DNA from: Chara braunii
Lineage: Eukaryota > Plantae > Charophyceae
NCBI GenBank assembly: GCA_003427395.1
Contig: BFEA01000001.1
Location: 13,363,963-13,427,962 of the forward strand
DNA: 64,000 bases
Direction: 5' to 3'
The translations under genes and the position numbers were made by a program. This document shows, one piece after another, positions 25,178 to 38,620 of this stretch (the first letter of the stretch is position 1; every line of letters begins with the position of its first letter). Below the pieces are notes generated by a model, which saw only the letters and a list, made by a program, of their open reading frames with translations, ran no database searches and was not told the origin of the DNA.

Positions 25178-28100
25178 TCAATCGTCGTATCGAGCAGGGC
25201 GACGACGAGTGCGCTGTGGACGCTCAGAAGCATCCGACTGGTGCTGAAGGTTTGCCTCAGATGGAGCAGGCTCGGCTTCAGCGGTCTCCTCAGCCAAGGG
25301 AGAAGGAGGAGGGTTAGTGGGCTGAGGGGGAGAAGTCAACCCAGCACGACGAGCACGGTCATAAGCACGCACTAACATGCGAGCGTGCTGCAAGTGCTCG
25401 AGGAACTCCCAGGTAGCCTCCTCATCAGGGTAACCCTTCCAACGTACGAGATACTCGGCGTGTGGAGGGTTGTCGTTGGTGACTCGGCGACCAATGATGT
25501 ATAAAACGGGGAACTCCTCGTGACCGTCCACCATGATGGGTGGAGGACGCTTATATGGTCGTCCAGCGAAACGCTCAGACGGTCTGTGGTAGGAACGTAG
25601 TAACGAGACGTGATAGACATCGTGCACACGAACCTGGCGTAGGTAGTCAGGCAACTTCACACGGAAGTTGACTGGTTAGAAGCCGTATCAGGACCGACGG
25701 CCTGGAGAATGCGGCATGGGCCAAAGAAGAGACGCCGAAACTTGCGAAGCGTGTCCGCTTCGAGCTGTAAGTAGCAGGCGTCGATAAGCACATCATCACC
25801 GACTTTGAATGGATGATTCATCCTCGATCGGTTCGCACGTGTGGCCATGCGAGTCTGGGAAGCGGCTATGTGCTCATGTGCGGTCTTCATGATCGACGTC
25901 ATGTGTGCAACCCAATCATCTAGCGTGGGACAACTCGTGTCGCGGTGCATCTGTGACGGTCTAAGGAAGTCCGTGGGAACACGAGGGTGATAGCCGAGGT
26001 CGCAATACTAAGGCGACATCCTCGTGGCTGGCAAGACAGCGTGGTTGTAGGCTATCTCCGAGTGGGCAAGATGGAGATCCCACTGTTGGTCGTCACGAAC
26101 AATCTTTCGGAGAATATCTCTGAGAGTCCTGTTCGTGACCTCGGTCTGACCATCAGTCTGGGGATGGTAAGACGAGGAGAAGCGGAGCTGGGTGTAGTAT
26201 ACCTCGTGGAGCCGTAAAATCGGTTGGTAAAGCACAGGTCACGGTCAGATATGATACTCAGAGGTAAGCCGTGGTCACGCACGACTCAGTCAAACACGAT
26301 GCCGGCGACCTCACGTGCACTGATGGCATAGCGGCACGAAACAAAGTGTGCACGCTTCGTGAAGCGTCCGACGACGACCAGGATAGCCTCATGACCGCGG
26401 GAGGTCGGAGGACGAAGATGACCGATAAAGTTCATCGAGATGGACTGCCAACGACCCTCAGGGATAGGAAGAGGCTGGAGCAAACCATAAGGCAAATGGT
26501 CCACACTGTTCACCTCCTGACAAGTGTGACACTCTGCGACGTAGTCCTTCACAAAGTCCTTGCGCTTCGGCTAGACGTACAGGCGGCTCACACAAGCCAA
26601 CGTCTTGTGGAAGGCCATATGACCGGCGACTGCCTGGTCATGGAACTCTGCTACTGCCCGGACACGTAGTTGTCCAGTGGAGGGAATGCAAATACGGGGC
26701 TCTCTGGTGCCATGTGAACCGTGCCAGTACACAAGACTGTTGTCCCCGAAAGAGTAGTTCGGGACGGTCTTGCCACTCCAAAGGGTCGCATCTATGTTGC
26801 GATAGTCGGGGCAGTGGCAGTACTGAGTGCGAAACTCGTCGATCACCGAGTGGTGGACGGTGGTGACCGAGATGGCAAGGAGCTGAAACTGCTCCTGATC
26901 ATGGTCAGGGCGCCGGGATAAGGCATCTGCGACCCGATTAGTCTCACGCTTGATGTGCTCAGTGGTAAAACTAAACTCGGATAGGTCGGGCCACTAGTGA
27001 GCCTGTCGAAGAGTGAGCTTCAACTTTGTCAGAAAAGCCTGGACAACAGAGTTGTCCGTGCGCACCGTGAATGGTGCCCTGTGCAGGTAGTGATGCCAGT
27101 GCCGAGTGACATAAACTACTGCGAGAACCTCACGTTCATCAGCAGTGTAGTTTATCTCGGCGGGCAGGAGCTGGCGGGAGTAGAAGGCTATCGGACAATC
27201 ACCTGAGCGAGACTCGATAGTGTCGTCATCGGCGATGGTAGGAGAATAATCAATAGAAGGCTCGTCAGTAGCGGGACGAGTAGGCATTAGGTGGGAGGCA
27301 GTGGTAGGCGCAGGGGGTGGGAAGCGAGGGATACTAGGATGAGAGGAATCAGGAGAGGAGGGGAAAGCATGAGAAAGCACTGCTCCTACAACAAAGTCTG
27401 ACATATCGGTGGGAAGGATTAAAGGGCGATCAAAATCGGGAAGGTGAAGAACCGGTGCACATGTCCCCGCCTTCTTGAGGGCGCGGAAGGCGTCCTCGTG
27501 GAGGGGTGTCCAAGCCCATGACAGGTTCTTCGGAGGAGGGTGGAGGTAAGGACGTAGGAATACCTAGCATATCCTTGGATGAAATTACTATAGTAGCTGG
27601 TAAGGCCTAGGAAGCTGCGAAACTGCTTGATGGATGTGGGCACGGACCACTCCGCAATAGCAGTGATCTTCTCGTCGTCCATGTGGAGACCCTAGTCAGA
27701 CACGTAGCATCCTAAGAAATTCACTTTGTGTTGTGCAAAGCGGCACTTGCTCAACTTGGCGTAAAAGTCATGTCTACACAAACAGTCAAGGACGTCGCGG
27801 AGGTGTCTGAGATGCTCCTCAAGGGTACGACTGTAGATCAGGATATTGTCGAGGTAGACGAGAACGTACTGCTCTAGGATGTCCCTGAAGATGTCGTTCA
27901 TCGCCCTCTAGAAGGTAGCGGGTGCGTTGGTGAGGCTGAATGGCATCACTGTAAACTCATAGTGGCCGAAGCGGGATCAAAACGGGGTCCTCGGCTGGTC
28001 CGCTGCAGCGACGCGGATCTGATGGTAACCGTTACAAAGATCAATCTTCGTAAAGAAGCCGTTGCCTGCTAGGCGGTCGAACACCTCATCGAAACGAGGC

Positions 28101-29265
28101 ATGGGGTAACTGTTCTTAACCGTGTAGCGGTTGAGACCGCGATAATTGCTGCAGAGACGGAGAGTTCGATCCGCTTTGCGAGCAAAGAGAACGGGTGCAC
28201 CCCACGGGGAGTTGCTAGGTTCAATGAAACCCAGTCTCAAGAGCTCCTCAAGCTAACGCTTGAATTCGGTGGCCTCTGGGATCGAGAGTCTGTAGGGTGC
28301 CTGGTGGTGAACACGATAGTCAGGCACAAGCTGGATGGAATGCTCGACGTCGTGGATTAGTGGGATGCCAGCGTACAAGAACGACGATGGGAAAACGTCG
28401 TGGTACTCTCCAATGAGGTCACTAACTGCGGGCTCCAGGTCGGCCGTATAGCGTGCGAGTTCCTCAGCGTCAGCATCGGCGCGAGACGATGGGATGGACT
28501 CGACAGACGACGGAGGATGGGAAGTAGAGATGAGAGCCATGGAGATAGAAGGAGGATCTGGCTCCAGAGGGATGAGCTCGACGTCGGGACAGGGTGGATC
28601 ATAGTGTAAGAGATCCGTAACGTTCACCATAAAGAAGGTGACGTTCACCATAAAGAAGATGAGCTCGGCGTCGGGACAGGTTGGATGAAGTGAGTGAACT
28701 ATCGAGGCGAGGTGACATTGATCGTAGGAGATGAGGTGGGCACGGAAGGCTCCGGGGGAGGAGGATCGGGGCGTGGTGTCGCAGTGGTACCTATGAAAGG
28801 TACGCGATACGTCTGTCCACACTTCGTTTTGAGAACGAGAGCATTGGTCGCCCAATCGGCCTCTATGCTGCGAAACCGACGAGACCACGGAGTATCAAAA
28901 ATGAAATCGTACCCCGTCTCCATCACATCGAAATGTGTAGAGGAGCGGTGGCGACGAGACGCTTGGGGACGATCAGTCGGCTCGATAGTGAGGAAGAAAC
29001 GGAGGTCGGTGACCGTTTGATCGAAGAAGCGCTGGGTCTTGTCATACCTTAGGGTAACAGAGATGGGAGTCGGAGACCCTGTTGTGGGTAAGCGAGCTTC
29101 TTTTACCACACATGGGTGAATGAAGTCGCCCTAAGAACCGGAATCCCACAACGCTGAGTACACCCTCGTGGAGGTCCCCAGTCGTACTGGAATGATTAGG
29201 AGGGTGCGATCAGGGTCAGAGAGGATGGTGAGAAGGCGACGCAGTGCAACGACACGGAGGGTGAG
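25178..29265 (-). pseudogene. pol: Pol (protease, RT, RNase H, integrase, chromodomain), disrupted
   Basis: LWDSGS; PWGAPVLF; KIDL..GYHQI; VYLDNILIYS; TDMSD..VGAVL; PIAFYSR; GLLQPLPIP; YHPQTDGQTE; YLVRWKGYPDEEATWE. Confidence 0.93.
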
Positions 29266-29611
29266 TCACTCTTGACGAGCCTGAAGCATGCTCAAGTCCA
29301 GAAGAGACGAAACAACGTCCTCGCGAGTCGCAAGCTGCTCACTGCAACGGGCTGAGTGAATGGCTCGACGCGTCGATAGTCGCATAGGGGTGAGAGGGGA
29401 GACGGTGGTGTGCGGAGGCGCAGACGGTACTATGACAGAGGGCTGAGTACACTCTGCCGGGTCTTGCGATACCTCAACTCCAGTAGCGAGAGGGGCAAAC
29501 CGCGACGGGATGTAGAGAAGCCGACTACTGAGGAGGGCGCAGGTGTACACTGCACCGTGGCTAGGAGGCGCCGCGGGGATGCGAGGCGTCGGGGGGGGGC
29601 TGAGCACGACG

Positions 29612-30550
29612 CTAGCGAGAAAGGTCAGCGTAGTGGCGGTCGACGGCGGTGGTGTAAAGGTACCGCGCGGAGGTATGACCGTCCTGGCGACAGTGCGAAC
29701 ATCCACGCCGACCCAAAATGATTGCGCGTTCCTCAGCGGAAAGGACACCGCGAGGAGGGACAAAACCCTGAGGGAGGTCCTGCTGAGGGACCTCGGGGGG
29801 CGACGCACCAGCGTGACCAGAGCGGTTGCGTGCCCGGGAGAGGGTGGAGAGGATGAGCTGAAGGCGCTCGGCCATAGGGAGAGTAGTGTCCTCCAAATGG
29901 TAGTGGACGACCTCGCCGAGGTCGAGGTCGTCGCTATGGTCACCCTCAGGCGACAACGGGCCAACAACGTCCTGCTCACCATACTCGAGCGCGATGAAGC
30001 GGTGCGAGAAATGGCGGCCCAGCTGCGTGGAACTGAGGGGGCGGTCGCGAAAAGGGGAACGACGCTGGGAAGTGGGGCGAAGACTGGCCCGCATCCGCTG
30101 ATGGGTCCTGGCGGCCTCATAGGCCTGCGGGGCCGATGTGAACTCGTACCACCATAACTCGGAGCGGTACTCAAGGGGAAGGCTGGCCGAGAAACGGTCA
30201 ATGAGGGCAACCTCGGGGAGGAACGCCACATCAAAATCCTGAAAGAACTGGATGTGGCGATCCAGACCGGCAGCGCCACCAGAGTCGGACCAGCGTGTGC
30301 TGACGACTCGCTCGAAGGCATCAGCGACGTCATGTCGGGCTCCGAAACGATCCTCGAGGAACGCCTGAAAATCCATGAAGGTCAGGGTCCGACCCTCACG
30401 AAGGGAGTGCGCGTAGAAATCCTCCCAGGCGTCGAAAGGACGGCCACGCAGGCGCATGGAGAGGTGAGCCACCCACGTGTCGGGTGGGGCGCCCATGAGC
30501 TTGAGCGTGCGGGTGGCAGACTGCAGCCACCGTTTTGGCGTACAAGGCAA
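29612..30550 (-). pseudogene. gag: Gag (capsid-like region and degenerate zinc knuckle)
   Basis: RLRGRPFDAW, TFMDFQAFLEDRF, LIDRFSASLPLEYR, CSHCRQDGH. Confidence 0.8.
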
Positions 30551-31939
30551 TGTTCGTCAAGCGGACGAGTGGTGCGCCACCGTTTTGGCGGCGAGGGGAT
30601 CGAGGAGCAGAGGCCTGTGCTACGGCTGAGTAAGTCAGGGCAGGTCCTGGAGAAAGGGGCGTAGCTGACTGTACGCCCGGGCCGCATGGGGGAGCGGCGG
30701 GGGCAACAACGGCAGACTGCGAGGGAGATGCAGTAAAAGAGGTTGCAGCAACTGAGGGAATAGGAAGAAGGTAGGATGGGGATGAATAGGGTGCAGGGCG
30801 AGGAAAACGAGCCTGTATCGAAGGAAGAGTAGAGGAAGAAGGGGGGGTGTCCGAAGGCGTGGCCACCTGTGAGGGTAGGGGTGGCTAAAGGCATAAGAGG
30901 GCGAGGTCGGCCCCGGTCTAGGCAAGCTAGTCCTCGAGACGTTGAACATAGATCGAGCGAGTGTGGCAGGAGGAAGACTGGGGGAGGTGGACGCACGAGT
31001 GGCGCGGGGCATCCCATAGGGGGGGGAGCCAGGTGACGCTGCGGTCGTGCGAAGGGGAGGGAGAAGCGGGGCACCAGGAAAAGTTGAGACCATGGCAGCG
31101 GGTTGTGGTCTCGTGGCCGTAGGGACCGGAATCTGGGCGGGTGCACCCGTAAAGTGAAGGAGGGTATGACCCGTGGCGGCCATCGCGCTAGGAGCGTGGA
31201 CGGTCACCAAGATGGCCGGGTCAGGGGCGGCAGAGGAGGAAGCTCCGCCGTGGCCACCATGTCAGAGGACGGGGGACCCAGACAGGGAGCCAGAAGAAGA
31301 GAGAGAGTGGGGAGAGGGAGGACGGTCAGCGTCCTAGAGTTGCCGCAGGCTAGTGGCAAGAGTCGCCACCTGCACGTGTAAGGGCGCAGGGAGGGAGGTG
31401 ATGAGGGTGTGCAGATCCCCCTGAGGTTGATGACCCTGGTCCGTCGGCACGGGTGTGGAGCCCGATGCCGAGGTCGTCGCCGCCTCGGCGGCTTGTGACA
31501 CACCGTCGGCCATGGGGAGGTAACGGGCCGGACTAGAGAGGGCCGGAGGAGGTCCGCGTGAGTGGAGGGCATAGGGGGAGGTCTGCGATAGAAGGCGACA
31601 GTCAGCACTAGTAAATCGAGCGCGGACGCCGTCAAAGGGAGAGGGGTGGTTCGGATCCAGGATGCCTGAATGAGAAGGGAAAGTAAAGGGGGTTAGGAGA
31701 ACCCTAAACCATAGAAAAACCCTAAGAAAACCCTAACCGAAGTTTGAGTGGTTAGGGTAGGGTACGGGTGATATAATCAATAAAATAAAATAGCAAGCAT
31801 AGGGGGCCGAGGAGGGAGGAAAAATAAATAAACAATGAAATTTCGAGAGAAAAATAAAAATAAATAAGAAAATAAATAAATAATAAAAATAATTAAAGAA
31901 ATAAGGAAACAAAGTGTGAAGAGATAAATAATATTTATT

Positions 31940-32325
31940 ATTTTAGATTTTCGGCAACATTTTTCTACCCCCCATGAGGTCAAGAATGTGCCAAGGGAAA
32001 AGAGAGACCAAGATAACCACACTAGGTTTCAAAATGCCGCAAATTAAAAATTTCACAAAATAAATAAAAAAATAATAAATAAATAAATAAGTAGATGAGG
32101 AGGTGAAGAAAAATTAAGTATTGGATTTCTTAAAACTTTCGGCAGCATTTCGTCACCCCCATGGGGTCAAAGTGTGTCGTCAAGAAGAAAGGCTAAGTCA
32201 AATGAGAAGATTTTGTCAGCACTTTGCTACCCCCAAAGGGTCAAAATGTGTTGAAAAATACTAAGTGAACGAAAAACAGAAAATTTCGGCAGCACTTCGT
32301 TACCCCCATGGGGTCGGAATGTGTG
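31940..32325. repeat. Four spaced copies of a ~42-bp motif in the Gypsy 5' leader
   Basis: tttcggcagcaYttcgtYacccccatggggtc..aatgtg-like copies at ~31945, 32135, 32210 and 32283. Confidence 0.85.
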
Positions 32326-33741
32326 TCGAACGCAAGAATGACTAACTCCTAATCAGATTTAAGGTTACCGCAAAATAATTTGAATTTTCAAAATAAAATA
32401 AAAATAAAATGAAGGAAATCAGAAAATGAGAAAAGAGGGTTGGGAAGAAGATAATTCAAATTTATGAAAAAAGGAAGAGATATAAATCAAAAGAAGGATT
32501 AAAAAAAAAAAAATAGAAAATTTCGAAGTTGGGGGGAAGGGGAATGAAAAAGTGAAGGAGAAAGGGGAAAAATAGGTGAGAGAGAAAAAAAGCGTGAAGG
32601 GGAAGATGGGGGAAATGATGGGGTTGTAGTTGGGGGAGAGGAGGGTGAGAGAATGAGAGAGATGGGGAGGGATCAAGAAGCAAAGAGAAAAGAGAAGAAA
32701 AAAAAAGAAAATAAATAAATAAAGTGAAGTAAAATAGTGGGTGGTGGGAGAAAAGGTGGGGAGTGAGAGTGATTAAAGGGAAGTAAGTGAGGTAGAAGAG
32801 GAAGAAGTAGAGGGAAAAAAAAAGGTAGAGAAAGTGGGTTAGTAGGGAGAGGGAAGAAAGAGGTGATATCTGGCCCTTGGTGTCTCCAAGGGCACAAGGT
32901 ATACCAAGATCAGGAGGGTCTTGGCCTTCGCTGCCGCAAGCCAGTTAGAGGAGAGAGGGGGTTGAGATCTTGATCAGCCCCTAACAACAGTACTGCAGAT
33001 CTGCAGATCCAGGGTATGTTGTGTGAGCAGACCCTCACCAGTGTAGAGCAGCCCCTGATCCGAGGGGTCTTCAATTCCACAGCAAGCTGCCACGTGGCAC
33101 TGCAGATGGCCACTTGCGCATGCAGCAGCAGCCACAGGGGGGAAAGGGGGGGGCAAATAGCAGCCCGGTCGTTGCTGCCCTGCTGGCCGCTGCTCGCCGG
33201 CGGGCGGGGGGGGGGGGGGGGCGGGGGGGGAAATAGCCAGCACGGCACGTATACAATACAAGTGNNNNNNNNNNNNNNNNNNNNNNNNNNNNNNNNNNNN
33301 NNNNNNNNNNNNNNNNNNNNNNNNNNNNNNNNNNNTAAATAACTGGCGCGCACCTCTTCAGCAGTAGCGTGCCACACTATTGAGCCATGTCGACACTTTG
33401 GTCAGTGTGTTATGGTAGCGGCCACGTACGAGCATGGTCAGCAACTGCCCGGGTTCAAACCCTGGCAGCAACATATATCCCGGATCTTGATAATATACTC
33501 CGGGAGCGGGGCGGGGCTGGGCGAGTGGCACGCGCTCATGCGGCAGCCTTGGCAAGCGCCCAGTAGTGATGGCAACTCCTTTTTCCGCTACGTGTCGCTC
33601 TCCTGCTGCACCTTTTTGTTTTTTGAAAAAATTCTGCTGTTTTCCGCTGCGAACAGCCAAAAAAACAATGAAAAACCCCGTTGTTAGGTTTTACTATTTC
33701 CCCGACGTGTGGTGTGGTGGGTGGGAGTGGGAAACGTTCCC

Positions 33742-33753
33742 GCTCCGATACGA
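33742..33753 (-). promoter_or_regulatory. Primer binding site, tRNA-iMet-like
   Basis: TCGTATCGGAGC versus canonical TGGTATCAGAGC (10/12), 1 nt from the 5' LTR. Confidence 0.7.
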
Positions 33754-33754
33754 G

Positions 33755-34062
33755 TGTGGCGGACCCACCGGGTGTGGTGCTCCGCAAGGGACAGAGATGG
33801 AGATGGAGGATGAAGGGGGAGCGAGATGGCACAGCACAGCTCCCACGCAAGACTTCAACGCACGTACTCCAAGATGTGCAAATGTATAATGAATCGGAAA
33901 ATGAACAAAAGTTGGGGTATAACCCAGCGGACTGACTAGACTGGACTGGACTGACTGGTACCGACAGAGGTACCGGCCTGTACTCGACTACCCCAAATAT
34001 AACACAAGCCTGTGAAAACAGGCCAAGGGTTGGTCTCACAGGCCAACTAGAGGTCCGCTACA
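33755..34062 (-). repeat. 5' LTR
   Basis: Homologous to 23757-24065. Confidence 0.92.
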
Positions 34063-35619
34063 ACGGGAATCTACTGCATCTGGGTTCAAAAGTTCACTCC
34101 AAGTTGATGGAATAGTAACGATGGTCATCGCATTTCGATGCTCTATACATCAAATTTGGTCAAACGGGATATGGGATCTGCATTTTTAATCAAAGAACCT
34201 AGTATGTCGTCTCACAGGTCGCTCTCGAGCGGTGTCAGTTTTAATCGTATCACTCTGTGATTTGTCAAATCTAAAGATTGTCAAAGATTGTTTGGGCAAG
34301 GACCTCTGCCTTCATGATTGAAGCCGTTCAAACATCTGGTAAAATTTTTTTATACATTTGAATAATACCCAACAAAATTAAAACTTGACCTGTCTTCTTT
34401 TGAATGAGAAAAAAATAAAGCGTGTTTAAACATTTATGACCTTTTAAGATTTCATTCACTAATACCTATCTTAATTTTGTTGTACTCAAAATATTTACCA
34501 ATCTCGAAACTGTTCGCTTTGTCGTAAAATAATTTTGGTGTGCCCATAAATAATTTATTGTGTTGTCTTCGAGATACCTTTATTGTCCTCAAACTGAGAA
34601 ACTTAAAGCTGACTTTGTTGTACTCAAGCTGGATTACCGCAACCCTAGTTTGTTATATTCAGCCTTGACGTTGATGTCACCAAGAGCACTAACTGGGACA
34701 TAAATTGTTGTTGTTGTCACCAAGAGCCTCCGATAGGACCAACGTCGTTGTTGCGATCATCGTGAGTGTCTGCTATGATCAACATTATCGTTGCTACCAT
34801 TGGGACTTCATGTCGTGATCGATACTATTGCGACTGTCATTGGGATTCACCGTAATTACTTGATTACATCCCTTAGAAATGTAATATATTGAGAGTAAAT
34901 TAAAATTACCATGACAGAAATTAGTTCACTGACACTGGACGTCGCATACTTAGGTTGAATTAAATTCACTTTGTGTGAATTTAACTTACTGAGGTTTAAT
35001 TTCACTTGCACAGATTGAGGTCATTGAGACCAAACTTACTGTATCGAACTGAATTTAAAATCCACTTTATTGAGAAAAAACTCGCTAAGAATGAAACCGA
35101 ACTCAACTAAGATTTATTGAGATTAAACTCATTGATACTAAAATTAGACTCTCAAAGATTAAGCTTATTGAAACCGAGTTAAATTCATGTAGTATGAACC
35201 AAGCTCGCTGAAACTGAACTGACTTCACCGAGCTCGAGCTGAGCTTGCAAAAACTGAACTGACTTCACTGGGTTGAACCGAGTTTACCGAAATTGAACTA
35301 AACTTGTTAAGATTAAACCAATTTTACTTCGTTTGAATTGAACTTATCGGAAATGAGTTCAAAAAGACTTAATTGAGTTTGATGAAATTAGTTCACTAAC
35401 TAAAACTGCAAAACTTTGAAAGAGGCAACCGGGTTGTGATTGAAACTATGAAAACCTGATCGAGCTTGTAGTGGTTTGACTGAGTCCTTTGAGTTTAACC
35501 GAGTTTATTGCGAACCGATTGCGTAAACAGTAAACCGATTTCACATTTCTATAAACCTTTTACGTCGAGTATGAACTGATTGCATTTACCCATTGTCGAG
35601 TTCATAAGTCCTACAAATT

Positions 35620-38600
35620 GACCCTCCTGGTCGTGTCACGCAAAATTTTAGCTGTTGGAACATAGAATGCTTTAAAGTAGTGTTGCTCTGGCCGAGTGCC
35701 CTAGCCATACCTCTTGCAAACCCCTACAATAAGATAGGGTCACACGAGGTACAACTTACCTCCACTCGCGAGTGCTATCACCTCCCTAGGTGGGAGTATC
35801 CCCGTCGACCTACTGAACACGTAGGAAAGTTTGGTATATGCAATCGCAGAGGTGGGTCAACTAAGGGTGTTTCTCGTTCACTGTAGCGTAGGGGGTACAT
35901 GAGGTTAACGCCCTAATCTGACCCGTGCACGGATCGATGCCAGTCGACTAGGGCGACTAGTATAAAAATGTGATACTCTACTAAATTAAAACTTAAGTTT
36001 ATGTGCAAATCGTACGTAGTCCCTTTTGTAAATGTTTCGATCCATAACTTGTTACGCGTGCAAATTTCGGGTGTGGCCCGTATGAAAATGCATAAGAGGG
36101 ACGTAGATGTGAAGGAAACCAAAACATTCAATTATGTGTACTCACGCAATCGACTGTCATGGTGACGCTTCACGCATTACCCACAATCATACAACATTTC
36201 GAGGGTTTGAGAGTTGTGCACGACATGGACGTGTCAGAAATAAAATATTGTGAAGAAAATATCCTTCACGATATAGAATAACTGAAGGATGAGTCGTTCA
36301 ACCTTCACGGCGTCTTTGGCCCATAAATAGACTGTTACGATGACCGAAGCGCAAATGTTAAACACATAGGGGAAACCTTTTTATGTTGAACAAAAACCTG
36401 AAATGCTATGGACAAGGACCTTGAATTCCAAATTCAGAACCAACGTCCAACAAATTAATCTAAATAGTGGTATGAGTGCAACTCATCGTTGGTATCGGGA
36501 GTAAATGTGCGTCTGTATGCCCTTTGATATAATGACCACGAAAATAAACTGATTGAAACACTCAAACAAAGAGGTTGTGTGACATAAGGCGATCACTCTC
36601 ATAAATATTAATGTGAATTGTTAATCATCATTAATGCAAAATACGAACAATCACAAAGAAACAATTAAAATATGCGATCACACAAAATTTACAGCAACAT
36701 GCAACGCACTAAAAAGGTAAACTTTACTATTCTCTGCGACTTATACCCCGCCTTATGCATATAAACCCCAACCATTTTCCATAATCTTATAACGAAGATA
36801 CTAAGTCTTTATAAATTTTCATTTAGAAAGACATAAAAGTGAAAATCCTAAGAAACATTTAAAACCCAAGGGGCTAAAACTTTAGGTTGAGATGCAAAAA
36901 CATATAAAGTTGTATCATAAACCGATATGTTATCAATTGATAACAGAACAATGATCCTTGTAAGTTCATGCCAAAATCAGTCGAGCCTTCAATCCGAGTA
37001 CAGACCTACATCATAGTACAGGTTATAAAAATGATTGTTATGCTTAAAATATATGGATAACACACTTTATATCGTAGCCTAATTCCTATACTAATTTTAT
37101 TTAAACCTCTCACTAATCGACATAATAAAAAAATCAACTGACTCTTTAATTTTACAAACATTTAGGTAGCACTTCCGCTATGAAAGTAGACTACCAATAT
37201 TTTTACTATGTTAAATATAAAATTCAAAGTGCAACTAAACTTCTACAAAGATAAATTTTTATTTGAATTAACAAAATTTTCAGTAACATTTTTCCTAGGG
37301 AGGTATACTTCTAATATTTCAACCAAGTCAAATTTAAAGTTAAAGTGCAACTTGACTATACAAATGCACAACTTGGCTTTACAAATGCAAAATTTGACTA
37401 ACTCGTTGAATTAGTAAAAATTTTGGTAACTCTTCCTCTAGGAAGATAGGCTACACAAAATTATGTAAAGTCAAATATAAAAAATAATATACAACTAAAT
37501 TTGGGATAAGTTATGACTCTTAACTCGATTGTTAAACCTATAATTACTCTGCGTGATACTTCTTTTGGGAAGATACAATGAGTTAACTTTAATTCTGACT
37601 CTAAGTAAGGTCAATCATATCATATCAAAAACTTTCCCCTCCATGCATTACTACTTTGCCTATCGCTTCAGCACTCGACGCCCCCAAACTTAATTTATTT
37701 GACCCCTACTTTTTTAAATCCCATTACCCGTTTTTTACTTATGGCATATGATAAAACCACCCCAACTTCGGGGTAAGTCCAACCTGCCTAGGCAATAACA
37801 TACATATACGACTAGACCGCCCGAACTTAGGGGTACGTATAACCCAATTAAACGACAAACGTAAAGTATGCAATTGGACCCCGACTTAGGGGTACAACCA
37901 ACCCTTTGCTTAGACATCCACATCAGACGTGTGGCCAGACCGCCCCAGCTTAACGAGTATGCCTAGTTAGCCTGAACAATTAACGTAAGATAGGTAACTA
38001 GACCTCACTAACTTAGGGATACGTATAGTATCCGCCTAGGTATGACAAAAGGCATATAACTAAACCGCCCCAACTTAGGGGCATATCTAACCAGCCCAAT
38101 TAACTATATGCGGCGTAGGGTTAGGCCGCCCCAACTTAGGGGTATGCCTAGCCTGCCTGGACAACATATAACGTATGACTGAACCGCCCCAACTTAGGGG
38201 TACGTTCAACCTCTGTAACATCACAACATTTAACATGTAAGTTCACTAAGTCCTTTGTTTTTCAATCAGGTCAGACCTACCCAATTTAGGGAGACACCTC
38301 ATCCTGCTTTAGTCATATTTAATAAACAACTTTTATACTAATTCTCAGTTTTTTATATTATCACAACCATAGGATCAAACAACCTCAACTTAGGGGTACA
38401 TTCAACTTGTCCGGGTTACCTTTCCATATTATACTTTGAATTCACGTTTTTTCTGCTTTCTCTTAGACCTTGGCTTATTAATTAGACTTTCCCGGCTTAG
38501 GGGTACGTCTCGTCTGACAAATAATATACATGATGATATATACATGGGTATCAATTTTTTATACTATGATTACATTTTCAATTCACAGTTCATAACTAGA

Positions 38601-38620
38601 CCGCCTAAACTTAGAGGTAC
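35620..38620. mobile_element. Non-coding repeat element, copy A (unclassified)
   Basis: Collinear diverged homology to 48690-51570 across several blocks, and to 46335-47130. Confidence 0.65.
37755..38615 (+). repeat. Array of a ~24-bp motif ACTAGACCGCCCCAACTTAGGGGTA with variable spacers
   Basis: 8 units at ~60-bp period (37755-38210) plus ~4 more widely spaced copies. Confidence 0.9.

Larger units (their letters stand above)
23757..34062 (-). mobile_element. Full-length decayed Ty3/Gypsy chromovirus LTR retrotransposon
   Basis: Paired ~309-bp LTRs (TG..CA); 5-bp TSD agggg/acggg; PBS; gag-PR-RT-RH-IN-chromodomain order with many stops and frameshifts. Confidence 0.95.

Noticed and set aside
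29410-31635. Plus-strand and alternative-frame ORFs over gag
   Set aside because: Shadow ORFs of GC-rich retroelement sequence
37755-38615. True CRISPR array
   Set aside because: Eukaryotic context, no cas genes, degenerate repeats and partly related spacers
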